DNA of 64,000 bases from the human T2T-CHM13v2.0 reference genome, Homo sapiens. The notes beneath the pieces are model-generated. The model saw nothing but the letters and a program-made list of their open reading frames with translations, was not told where the DNA came from and did not search any database. The position numbers were made by a program, and so were the translations under genes. Positions 13,434-29,200 of this stretch are shown here, one piece after another (position 1 is the first letter of the stretch; every line of letters begins with the position of its first letter). Location of the stretch: the NCBI RefSeq assembly GCF_009914755.1, contig NC_060927.1; one strand, given 5' to 3'.

Positions 13434-16400
13434 GGTAGATACTACTATCAATGACAACTATACTATTGAAAATTGAGGAAAATTAAGGCACAGGGAGAAA
13501 CACAGGGCTTGAAAGAGATAGGGCCAGGTGCAGGAAGGTTCTAGGAAAGTCAGGAAGCCATTGTATGGTGGGTAATAACAAGGGCAGGAGTAGGGCAGGA
13601 CTTGGAGAGAACTTCTGTGCACTCTTCTGGCACTTCACAGCATCAGTAGCACTTAATTGTGCCCAGAGACATTTTAAATCATTCTGTCCTTAAATGATAG
13701 CAGCAATTCTCTATTGAGTTTTTTCTGATTACACTAATGTTACAGTAGCTCCTTTTGAGCCCAAACTCAGCTAAAACTTTAATACCTAAGCTGTAGAGAG
13801 ATGTTAATTAACTTGATGCCAGGAGTCCACACAGTGATTTTCTGCAATTTAACTGCCTGTGTGTTCTTTTTTGTTCCTATCCTCAGTCTGGTCTCCAGTC
13901 TACACTTTCACTTCCCCCCACCCCCAAGTCTCCTCCAAGAGGTATGCAGGTCCAGGCAGTCACATCTCTTAGCCTTGTTCTTTCCCTCCCTCTTTATTCT
14001 CCCCCTTCCCCACTGATCCATGTGCCCAGAAATTCCTTCCCAATACAAAACACAGCTCCATCCCCCAGCCATCACAACTCTTCCTCCTCAATGTTACTCC
14101 AAGTCAGGGATACCTACTGACCTTCCATGCACTGTTACAACCACCCCACAGTGACACAGGTCCTAGCATGAGGCAAGCACCCAAACTTCTCCTCTCCTGG
14201 GTGTTAGGCCCTCATGGAGCAGGAAAAGAAACTTCTCACTCATTGCCTTCCCCCTCAGGCCAAGGATGCTTGACTTCCGGGGAAAGGGTGGGAGCAAAGA
14301 AGGGTTAGAGAAGGAAGGGCTGTGTAAAGGAGACACTTTCTGTCCTAGGATAATAGTAGAGACAATACTCTAAGCAGTTTCCCCTCACTAAGCCACTTAA
14401 GGCAAGGGGCCATGAAAAGGAACTTTCTCAGAACTTTTTTATTCTAGTATGTTTCTATCCAAAATCATTAGATCTGTCTTCTTGTTCATTATCTTTTGCC
14501 TGAAAGTTTTATCAACTCACTCTTCTCCATCCCACAACTCCCTTCACATAAACATACCCAGACACAACTCAGATTTTTAGCCAGCACTGGCCTCTTAGTG
14601 AATGCTTGCTGCATGATGACATGATTAAAGCAGCAAGTTGGCCAAGACCCTACAGTTTCTGACTTCAGGATTACATTGAGTTGGAGTGTGCCTGCTTAAG
14701 AGGGAGGCTTAAACCAAAACATCAGGGAATATTCTGTTCCCCATCTCCCACCACTAACTAACTAACAATAATTGAGTGGAAAGAACAGTGAATTACAGGT
14801 AAGAATACCACAAGATACAGATTATCTCCAAGGAGCAAACATGTGGTAAAACCCTCTGGCAAAGTAGCCTACATCTTGAACAAAAGTTATCACTAAAAGA
14901 ATACGAAGACTGGGGTGCAACAAAGGTAACTATACAACATACTTGAAACTAAGCCAAGCTATGAACTGCGTAAACACAATTCACAGGCCAAAAGGTTTAC
15001 CACAAGGACAGGCAAGCTCATCAAGCATTAAAAAAAAAAAAAAGACTTTATTATCTTCTTTCCTGTACACATCAAGATCTATGTGATGCTGTGTCTTAGT
15101 GCATCCTATTAGGTGGTACTTGATTTTCTTTTATCCCATTACTGATGATGTTTATTTTAATTATTTTACTTTAAATTTTCTTTAATGGAGTTGGCTGCTA
15201 GACATTCTCTAAAATGTTACTCATTTTCCCTCTGAAATTAAAATAATTTGAGGGAAAATAAATTGAAACTGTGTATATCATGGTCTTCATCAAACCTTTA
15301 ATTAATTTATTTACTTATAAGAATATCTGTATGAACTTACCGTGTCCAATTTTATTCAGGAAGTAATAATATCCTTAATTTTGTTGGGGAGAACCCTTTC
15401 AAGTTCCTTCCTTTATCCTTTTGCCATGTCAGCATCATTACTTGAGCACCTCCTTGAGTTTCCACAAGTTGTACAAAGCTTATCTTACACCTTTCCCTAC
15501 CAAAATCCTGGGATCAACCATTCTCAAAACAAGCCCAGTTGATTTGAGTGGAAAATAGTATCTAGAAACCAAGATTTAGGACTTGGTGGGCAAAATGGTG
15601 GCCTGAGATGTGATACAGTTCCTTTGCTTTTTCAAAGTAAGAAAGATGGGCAAAGTGAGCCACTGTTAGGAATGAGCCTAAGACACCATATCTGTATAAG
15701 TCACATCATGCTGAAGGAAAAAATTCCTGCAGTGGTAAGGTCTCTACTCAAAGGCAGGTATGGCAAAAAGGAGGGCAAGGACAAAAATACTTTTATAGAA
15801 TCTACCTTTTTGTTCTAAATCCTTTGGTTCTTTTAAATGCCTGCTATTAAAGTGTGCTAAATTTGATTAAATGCTGCTGGTGAGGTAGAAAATATAATAA
15901 ACTAGAATGTGGGTATATCATGGAAGTTAAGCCACAGAAACTATTCTATTACTACCTAAAAAGTCTTCCATATACTAGCCATGTAATAATGTTTTTTGAA
16001 AAATAATCATAAGTATGTCATTTTCATTCATTTTTGTCTGCTTTATGGTAAATCCATTAATTTAAAGACTATAGTATGTCTTGATTGCAAATAAATTTTT
16101 TTTACATTAAAATATATTTTCTTGCCTCCAACTGATTTCTCCTTCTGGAATTCTTATTGTGCATGAATTGAAATTGACATATTTGTTTGCTAGGTCTTAA
16201 CTTTTTTCTTTATATTCAGTGTTTAATCTTACTTCTGGGAGAACTTCCAAAACCTATTTTTTAATTTATTGTGTTAGCTATCTATTTTATGCAATCTGTT
16301 GTTCTGGTGCCTCCATCATACTTTAAAATAGGGTCATCATATTTTTCAATTTTATTAAAATTTGGCACATCAGAATGTTCTTTTTTCTGTATGCCTGTTT

Positions 16401-16454
16401 CAGAAACAAATACACACCATTCTCTCAAATCTCACTAAAATTCAAATTAAGCCT

Positions 16455-16682
16455 TTTTTGCAATACCTAGTATTTTTATTAATTAACTTGATAATTGTTG
16501 ATGTTTGATGATTTTTCTCCATGTAAATATTCAATGCGAAATGTTTATCTAGTATTTGAATTTAAATGAGTTCCACAGATAGTGTGCGAGTTTTTCCTTA
16601 CATCTTCCTTGCACAGTAGAAGAAGGAAGGAACCGTTTAGATCAGTTATAGTTTCATTTTGCCTAGCCAAAGATCCGGAATC
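16455..16682 (-). other. PLSCR2: PLSCR2 terminal 3'-UTR exon
   Basis: Strong minus-strand acceptor (tcttactttcctttcttctctctctgcatag|GATTCC) and AATAAA at 16475-16480. Pairs with the GTAAGT donor at 24922. The 3' end is estimated. Confidence 0.75.
16475..16480 (-). terminator. Polyadenylation signal AATAAA
   Basis: tttatt on the plus strand, ~200 nt downstream of the acceptor at 16682. Confidence 0.65.
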
Positions 16683-18204
16683 CTATGCAGAGAGAGAAGA
16701 AAGGAAAGTAAGACATGGTTGTAAAAGAGATAATGTCAGTACCTCTAATCCTCATTTTGGGTTGGTTTTGCATCTGACTGCCATATTTGCAAGCCCTCCC
16801 CTTCTCTAATTGGCACAACTAAAGCCACATACAAATACCTCCACTTGACTTGGCATACTGTCTGTACTAAGCATATGCTAGAGATGAGTGCCCTGGGTAC
16901 CCTTCATCCTTGGAATCTGGCATCTGATGAATTATTTAGGCTGCTGGGAGGTCATCTAGACATTGCTTTTTCTGTAGCTCCACTGCTATACCAATGTTCT
17001 CATCCATCATTTGCCATTTGGGGTTATTGGCTTTGGTAGAGTTCTGCTGGTGGTAACACTTATGGGGAGAGTGGCTGTTGGAGGAGTTTGCTGAAGCTGA
17101 AAGGGATACCCTTATTTCCTAAGCATACTTTTCTTTGCATGAAGTAAATTGTGGGTTGGCTGTCCCCTCTCTCAATTCAATCTTCCCTACAAAACAAATT
17201 ACAAATGCCTTTAAGTTTCTGACAGCTGGAAATCCTAGTTTCTAACACTGGTACAGTTTTTACTACAAAATATTATATGTCTTCCCTTTCTTTTTTAATG
17301 CTGAATGTTATTAAAAATGAGATAATAAAACATTTAACTATGTCAGGATAACATATCTCACTGTATTGGAAACCACACAAAAATATAATAATATATACCT
17401 GAATGGCTCTGGGCAACTGAACACTGTTCTAAATTGCTGATGGGAATTCATAGATAAATAAATTCTATGAAGGATAATTTGAACAGGTATTCCACTTTTC
17501 AAATCACTTCTAAATATGCACTAGGAAAAATATAAAATATGTATGCCTATTTATTCATGAAAGCTTACTTGGAATCGTACAAAATTTCAAGGAAAATGAA
17601 AGTCCAATTGTAGGGAATTGTTTGAAGAAACCATGACATAGCCACTTAATGACATACTATGCAACTAGTAAAAGGAATGAAAACATCTCTATGTACTTAT
17701 GTAGACTTTTATATATATATGATATAATTTTGCCCTGAAAATTTATAGATCCTTAATATATACAAAAATAAAATTAGAAGAGAAAATTCAATCCCTAAAA
17801 ATTAAGAACAAATGGAAACAAATGATTTTATTTATTTTTACAAGAAAGTCATTTCACTTTGTTTTATTTCCAATAGTGATTTAGTTATTCAATTTTTCTT
17901 TTGCTGTGCTCTTTTTAAAGGTGATTTTATTTATTTATTTACTTTTATTATTATACTTTAAGTTCTAGGGTACATGTGCACAATGTGCAGGTTTGTTACA
18001 TATGTATACATGAGCCATGTTGGTGTGCTGCACCCATTAACTTGTCATTTACATTAGGTACATCCCCTAATGCTATCCCTCCCCCCTCCCCCCACCCCAT
18101 GACAGGCCCTGGTGTGTGATGTTCCCCATCCTGTGTCCAAGTGTTCTCATTATTCAATTCCCACCTATGAGTGAGAACATGTGGTGTTTGGTTTTCTGTC
18201 CTTG

Positions 18205-21980
<3,776 letters not shown>

Positions 21981-22043
21981 TATGATGTTAGCTGGTTATT
22001 TTGCTCATTAGTTGATGCAGTTTCTTCCTAGTATCAATGGTCT

Positions 22044-23061
22044 TTATAATTTGGCATGTTTTTGCAGTGGCTGGTACCGGTTGTTCCTTTCAATGTTTAG
22101 TGCTTCCTTCAGGAGCTCTTGTAAGGCAGGCCTGGTGGTGACAAAATCTCTCAGCATTTTCTTGTCTGTAAAGTATTTTATTTCTACTTCACTTATGAAG
22201 CTTAATTTGGCTGGATATGAAATACTGGGTTGAAAATTCTTTTCTTTAAGAATGTTGAATATTGGCCCCCACTCTCTTCTGGCTTGTAGAGTTTCTGCCG
22301 AGAGATCTGCTGTTAGTCTGATGGGCTTCCCTTTGTGGGTAACCTGACCTTTCTCTCTGGCTGCCCTTAACATTTTTTCCTTCATTTCAACTTTGGTGAA
22401 TCTGACAACTATGTGTCTTGGAGTTGCTCCTCTCGAGGAGTATCTTTGTGGCATTCTCTGTATTTCCTGAATTTGAATGCTGGCCTGCCTTGCTAGGTTG
22501 GGGAAGTTCTCCTGGATAATATCCTGAAGTGTGTTTTCCAACTTGGTTCCATTCTCCCCGTCACTTTCAGGTACACCAATCAGACGTGGATTTGGTCTTT
22601 TCACATAGCCCCATATTTCTTGGAGGCTTTTTTCATTTCTTTTTGCTCTTTTTCTCTAAACTTCTCTTCTCTCTTCATTTCATTCATTTGATCTTCAATC
22701 ACTGATACCCTTTCTTCCACTTGATCAAATTGGGTACTGTGTGCATGCATCACGTAGTTCTTGTGCCATGGTTTTCAACTCTATCAGGTTATGTAAGGTC
22801 TTCTTTATGCTGTTTATTCTAGTTAGCCATTCATCTAATCTATTTTCAAGGTTTTTAGCTTCTTTGTGATGGGTTTGAACATCCTCCTTTAGCTCGGAGT
22901 TTGTTATTACCGATTATCTGAAGCCTTCTTCTCTCAACTCGTCAAAGTCATTCCCCGTCCAGCTTTGTTCCATTGCTGGCGAGGAGCTGCATTCCTTTGG
23001 AGGAGAAGAGGCCCTCTGATTTCTAGAATTTTCAGCTTTTCTGCTCTGGTTTCTTCCCGTC
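22044..23061 (-). pseudogene. L1 ORF1, disrupted
   Basis: C-terminal 186 codons open (RLIGVPESDGENGTKLENTLQDIIQENFPNLARQ...YPAKLSF). The start codon reads ACG. Confidence 0.9.
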
Positions 23062-23635
23062 TTTGTGGTTTTATCTACCCTTGGTCTTTGATGATGGTGA
23101 CGTACAGATGGGGTTTTGGTGTGGATGTCCTTTCTGTTTGTTAGTTTTCCTTCTAACAGTCAGGACCTTTACCTGCAGGTCTGTTGGAGTTTGCTTGAAG
23201 TCCACTCCAGACCCTGTTTGCCTGGGTATCACCAGTGGAGGCTGCAGAACAGCAAATATTGCAGAACGGCAAATGTTGCTGCCTGATCCTTCCTCTGGAA
23301 GCTTCTTCTCAGAGGGGTCCCTGGCTATATGAGGTGTCAATTGGCCCCTACTGGGAGATGCCTCCCAGTTGGGCTACGCAGGGGTCAGGGACCTACTTGA
23401 GGAGGCAGTCTGTCCATTCTCAGATCTCAAACTCTGTGCTGGGAGAAAAACTACTCTCTTCAAAGCTGTCAGACAGGGACATTTAAGTCCACAAAAGTTT
23501 CTGCTGCCTTTTCTTCAGCTATTCCCTGCTTCCAGAGGTGGAGTCTACAGAGGCAGATGGGGCTCCTTGAGCTGCAGTGGGCTCCACCCAGTTTGAGCTT
23601 CTTGGCTGCTTTGTTTACCTACTCAAGCCTCAGCA

Positions 23636-23791
23636 ATGGCAGACGCCCCTTCCCCAGCCTCGCTGCCACCTTGCAGTTTGATCTCAGACTGCTGTGCTAG
23701 CAGCGAGCGAGGCTCCATGGGCATGGGACCCTCTGAGACAGGTGTGGGATGTAATCTCCTGGTGTGCCATTTTCTCAGTTGGAAAAGCTGA
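23636..23791 (+). CDS. L1 ORF0-like antisense ORF, 51 aa (putative)
   Basis: gcaATGG context. Translates to MADAPSPASLPPCSLISDCCASSERGSMGMGPSETGVGCNLLVCHFLSWKS*, similar to primate L1 ORF0. Expression unknown. Confidence 0.45.
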   Translation: MADAPSPASLPPCSLISDCCASSERGSMGMGPSETGVGCNLLVCHFLSWKS

Positions 23792-24354
23792 AATCATCCA
23801 TCTTCTGGGTTGCTCATGCTGGGAGCTGTAGACTGCAGCTGTTCCTATTCGGCCATCTTGGAACCTCCTCCTTAAAGGTGATTTTAAAGGAGGTAAACGT
23901 GTAGGATCATAATGCCACCTGAATGTGTTATCCAGTTTTTTTTATAACAAAAATAAAATATTCAAAAACTATATCAATAAATTTTACTTTAGGAATTTGA
24001 TTTTTGGCATAAAATAACCTAAGACCACTAATGAAGTATGCTTTGTAAAGATACACATATTTTTTATTTCATTTACACCTGATTAATCTTGTAACTAACA
24101 TATTCTGGGAATGATAGAATACAGGAGCTAACCATTCCATGTGGTAATAAACAACTTCAAAAGTGATAACAATACCAAATTTTAGAATGAGTCTGTCTTT
24201 TGGATAGACTCACACAGTCATGTCTTTCTTTATTTACTGAAAACCATAAAAAATTGCTAATTTATCATGTAGTCATTACGAAAACCTTATTTATAGTACT
24301 AGGTTAGCTGATAGGAGAAGGTAAATATAGTGTGCTTTTCTGAAGATTAAAAAA

Positions 24355-24405
24355 TACTCCAGCCTGGGTGACAGAGCTAGACTCCATCTCAAAAACAAAA
24401 AAAAA
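24355..24405 (+). mobile_element. Alu 3' fragment
   Basis: actccagcctgggtgacagagctagactccatctc followed by an A-tail. Confidence 0.85.
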
Positions 24406-24922
24406 TCACATTTACTTTTGCTTGAGAATATGCATATTAAATATTTAGCATGGTAAAAGAAACTGAAATTGTGTCAATTTTTAAGTTGTTTTCTGAGTAC
24501 ACAGTATTTGCATATTAATTTTTACATAAAATAAATTATAACTAGCTTTAAAAAATAAAATATAATGATACATTAAGACTCCTTTAATAAGGCTTTAATT
24601 TTTGCTTATAAAATGGAAACCCAGACTATAATTCAAGTAGTCTTTCAAAGGAAGTTTTGTATCTAAATTTAAAAATTCCTATATTCTTTTCCCCATATAT
24701 ACAATGAATAATCTAATAAAGTATATAAAACATTTATAACCCAGTTATAAATAAAATAAATATTAGAATTTGAAAAGTGAAATTATATACTCAGAGCTAC
24801 AAGCATCATAGCTTAACTCACACAGGTGTAAGTAATTTAAATAAAGAAAAGAAAAAAACACTGAATTTTTCTTTTAGATAATCCTAATCAACACAGACTT
24901 CAAATTTTCTGAGGAGACTTAC

Positions 24923-24956
24923 ATTAATCCACTCCCACACTCTGACATTCCAGTCA
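24923..24956 (-). other. PLSCR2: PLSCR2 3'-UTR part of last coding exon, ending at a splice donor
   Basis: TAAT|GTAAGT donor 34 nt after the stop codon. Confidence 0.7.
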
Positions 24957-24986
24957 TTACCTAGTTCTTTCAAAAAACATGTAGTC
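24957..24986 (-). CDS. PLSCR2: PLSCR2 last coding exon (DYMFFERTR*)
   Basis: Acceptor tttttgtttttatccag|GAC TAC ATG TTT TTT GAA AGA ACT AGG TAA. Completes the scramblase C-terminal helix. Confidence 0.95.
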   Translation of the reverse strand, partial: DYMFFERTR

Positions 24987-25356
24987 CTGGATAAAAACAA
25001 AAATACAGAAATGAATTCTCAGAAACCAAACAGAGATCAGATGCAGAAATGCTAAGGGATCTGATGAAACACAGTTAATTGTCTGTTAAATAAGAAAAAT
25101 TAACTATAATAAGTAATGTGAGAAAAGTCTACAGGTATAAGTTCTCTACCTTCAGCTATCTATTTTAATAGAAATTAAATCCTATAATCCTATTTATTTA
25201 TTGACACCTGCATTAATTTAATTAATCCTATGGCAATTTCTGTAAATGTCACTTTTATCCTCCTGAAATCATCCTTTTTCAATCTTTCTTATTTAATGTT
25301 TTGCAGTCCTTCTCTAGTAATATAACTCTTCTTGTAATTTGAATTCATTCCATGTA

Positions 25357-26245
25357 CAACAAATTAAGAAAACAATTCCATTTACAGCAGCATCGAAAAA
25401 TATTAAATACTAAGGAATACATTTAACCAAAAAGGCAAACATTCTGTATACTGAAAACTGTAAGACAAACTGAAAAAGGCACAAATAAATGGAAAGATAT
25501 TCTGTGTTTCTGGATTAGAATAATTAATATTGCCAAGATGTCCATACTACTGAAAGGGAACTACAGATTCAATGTCATCTCTCTCAAAATACCAGTGAAT
25601 TTTTCACAGATATAGAAAAAATAATCATAAAATTTGTATGGAATCACAAAAGACCCCAAATAGCCAAACAATCTTTAGCAAGAGAAACAAAGCTGGAGGC
25701 ATCATACTACCTTATTTCAAAATATATTACAAAGATATAGTAATCAAAACAGCTTCGTACTTGCATAGAAAGAGACACAATGACCAATGAAACAGGAAGG
25801 AAAGCACAGAAATAAACCCAAACATTTGTAATCAATTGATTTTTGACAAAGGTACCACCACCACACAATGAGGAAAGGACAGTACCCTTAAATAATGGTG
25901 TTTTGAAGACCAAATATATATACAGAAGAATGGATTTTGACCCTCATTTCACACCATATACAAAAGTAAAATTAAAATGGATTAAAGACTTAAATGTAAA
26001 ACCTATACTGTAAAACGACTAGAAGAAAATATAGGGGAAATCTCCATGATATTGGTTTGAGAAATGATTTCTTGGATATGACCTAAAAAGCACAGACAGC
26101 AAAAGCAAAAAGAGACAAAGGGAATTGCCTCAAGTTAACAAGCTTTTGCACAGCAAAGGAAGCAATAAACACAGTAAGGAGACAGCCCATGGATTGGGGG
26201 AAAATATTTGCAAACCATGTATCTGATAAGTGGCTATATCCAAAA
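25357..26245 (+). mobile_element. L1MA-like ORF2 distal fragment, inverted relative to its neighbour
   Basis: ORF2-like text (aaagctggaggcatcatactacc; aaaatggattaaagacttaaatgtaa; tctgataag). Confidence 0.85.
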
Positions 26246-29200
26246 CGTATGTTGAACCCTTTTTGCTTCTCTGTGATAAATCCCACTCACTCATGATGAA
26301 TTATCTTTTTGATGTATTGTTGATTTTGACTTGCTAGTATTTTGTTAAGGATTTTTGGATCAATGTTCATCAGGCATATTAACCTGTAGTTTTCTTTTTT
26401 AAATATGTCTTTGTTTGGTTTTGGTATCAGAGAAATACTGGCCTCATAGAATAAGTTTGCACGTATTCCTCCCCCCTCTATTTTTCAGTAGCTTGAGTAG
26501 GATTGGTATTCATTCTTTAAATGTTTGGTAAAATTCAGCACTGAAGCCATTGGGTCTTGGGCTTTTCTTTGCTGGGAGACTTTTTATTATGGCTTTGATC
26601 TTATTACTTATTGACTGTTCAGGTTTTAGATTTTTTCATGGTTCAGTCTCGGTAGACAATATGTGTCTAGAAATTTATCCATTTGTTTTAGGTTTTCCAA
26701 CTTATTGGCATACAGTTGCTGACAGTAGTCTTTAACGATCCTTTGAATTTCTGCAGTATCAATTAAAGCGTCTCCTTTTTCATCTCTGATGTTATTTATT
26801 TGGGTCTTCTCTCTGTTTTCTTAGTTGGTCAGGCTAAAGATTTGTTGATTTGGCTTATCTTTCCAAAAAACCAATTTTTACTTGTTGATCTTTTTGTGTT
26901 TTTTTATTTCAATTTTATTTATTTATTTTTGCTCTGAACTTTATTATTTCTTTTCTTCAACTAATTTTGAGTTCAATTTGCTCTTGTTTTTCTAACACTT
27001 TAAGATTCATTGTTAGGTTATTTATTTGAACTTTTTCTACTTTTTTGATATGGGGGCTTATTGCTATAAACTTTCTTCTTAGTACTGCTTTTGCTGTATC
27101 CCATGGCTTTTGGTATGTTCTGTTTCCATTACCATTTGTTTCAATTAACCTGTTAATTTCCTTCTTGGTTTCTTCATTTACCCACTGGTAATTTAGGAGC
27201 ATATTGTTTAATTTCCATGTGTTTTTATAGTTTCCAAAGTTCCTCTTGTTATTGATTTCTAGTTTTATTCCATTGTGGTCAGAGGAGATATTTAATATAA
27301 TTTCATATTTTTAAAGAATCTTTAAGGCTTTTTTTGTGGCCTAACATATAGTTTATCCTTGAGAATGAGCCATATGCTAATGAGATGAATGTGTATTCTA
27401 TAAACGTTGGATTAACTGTTCTGAAAATATCTATTGGGTCCATTTGGTTTATAGTGCAGATTCAATTTGATGTTTTTTTGTTGATTTTCTGTCTGGAAGA
27501 TCTGTCCAATGCTGAAAAGTAGGGTGTTGAAGTCTCCAGCTGTTATTGTATTGGGGTCTATTTCTCCCTTTACCTCTAATAATATTTGCTTTCTATATCT
27601 CGGTGCTCCAGTATTGGGTGCATATATATTTACAATTGTTACATCTTCTTGCAAAATTGACCCCTGTATCATTACATAATGACTTTGTTGTCTCTTTTTA
27701 CAGTTTTTGCCTTGAAATATATATTGTCTAGTGTAAGTATAGCTACTCCTGCTCTTCATTTTCCTGGAATTTTTTTCCATCTTTTTATTTTCAGTCTATG
27801 CGTGTCTTTAGAGGTGAAGTGTGTTTCTTGAGGGCAACAGGTAGGTTGCGTCTTGTTTGTTTTTTTCCATGCAATCATTCTATGTCTTTTGATTAGAGAG
27901 TTTAGTCCATTTATATTCAATGCCATTATTGATAAGTAAGGACTTACTCCTATCATTTTGTTATTTTGTTTTCTGGTTATTTTTGTGATCTTCTCTTCCT
28001 TCTTTCCTTCCTTCCTGTCATCCTTTTAGAGAAAGGGATTTTCTCTGGTGGAGTGTTTTAATTTCTTGCTTTTGATTCTGTATGTATCTTTTCTACGTTT
28101 TTGATTTAAGATTACTCTGAGGCTGGCAGATAATATCCTACAACCCACTATTTTAAACTCATGGAAACTTAACACTGATTGCATGAACAAACAAAGAGAA
28201 AAGTAATAAAAAATCTACACTTTAATTTCATTGTCCCATTTTTAAATTTGTTGTTGTTTCTATTTATATGTTATTATACTATGTCTTTAAGAGTTGTTGC
28301 AGTTTTTATTTTTAATAGGCTCATCTTCTAGTCTTTCTACTTAGCATATGAGTAGTTTGCACACTACAATCACAGTGTTATAATATTCTGTGTTTATCTG
28401 TGTACTTACTATTACCAGTGAGTTTTGCACCTTCAGGTGATTTCTTGTTGCTCATTAACATCTGCTTTCAGATTGAAGAACTTCCTTTAGTATTTCTTGT
28501 AGGACAGGTCTGGTATTAATGAAATTCCTCAGCTTTTGTTTGCCTGGAAAATCTGTATTTCTCCTTCATGTTCAAAAGATAATTTTGTTGGATATACTAT
28601 TCTATGATCAACGTTTTTTTTCCTTCAGCACTTTAAATATGCCAAGCCACTCTCTTCTGACCTGAGAAGTCTGCTGCCAGATGTATTGGATCTTGCTTTT
28701 ATGTTATTTTTTTTTCTCTTGCTGCTTTTAGGATCCTTTCTTTATCATTAACATTTGGGAGTTTGAATACAAAATGCCTTCAGGTAGTTTTCTTTGGGTT
28801 AAATATGCTTGGAGTTCTATAACCTTCTTGTATTTGAATATTTATATCTTTCTCCAGGTTTGAAAAGTTCTCTGTTATTATCCCCTTGAATAAACTTTCT
28901 ACCCTTGTCTCTTTCTCTACCTCCTCTTTAGGACAAATAACTCTTAGATTTGCCGTTTTGAGGCTGTTTTCTGGATCTTGCAGGCAAGCTTCATTGTTTT
29001 TTATTTTTTATTTTTGTCTCCTCTGTCTATTTTCAAATATCCTGTCTTTAAGCCCACTCATTATTTATTCTGCTCCATCAGCTCTACTGTTTAGAGACTC
29101 TGATGCATTCTTCATTACATCAATTGCATTATTCAACTCCAGAATTTCTGCTTGTTTCTTTTTAGCTATTTCAATCTATCTGTTAAAGTTATCGGATAGG

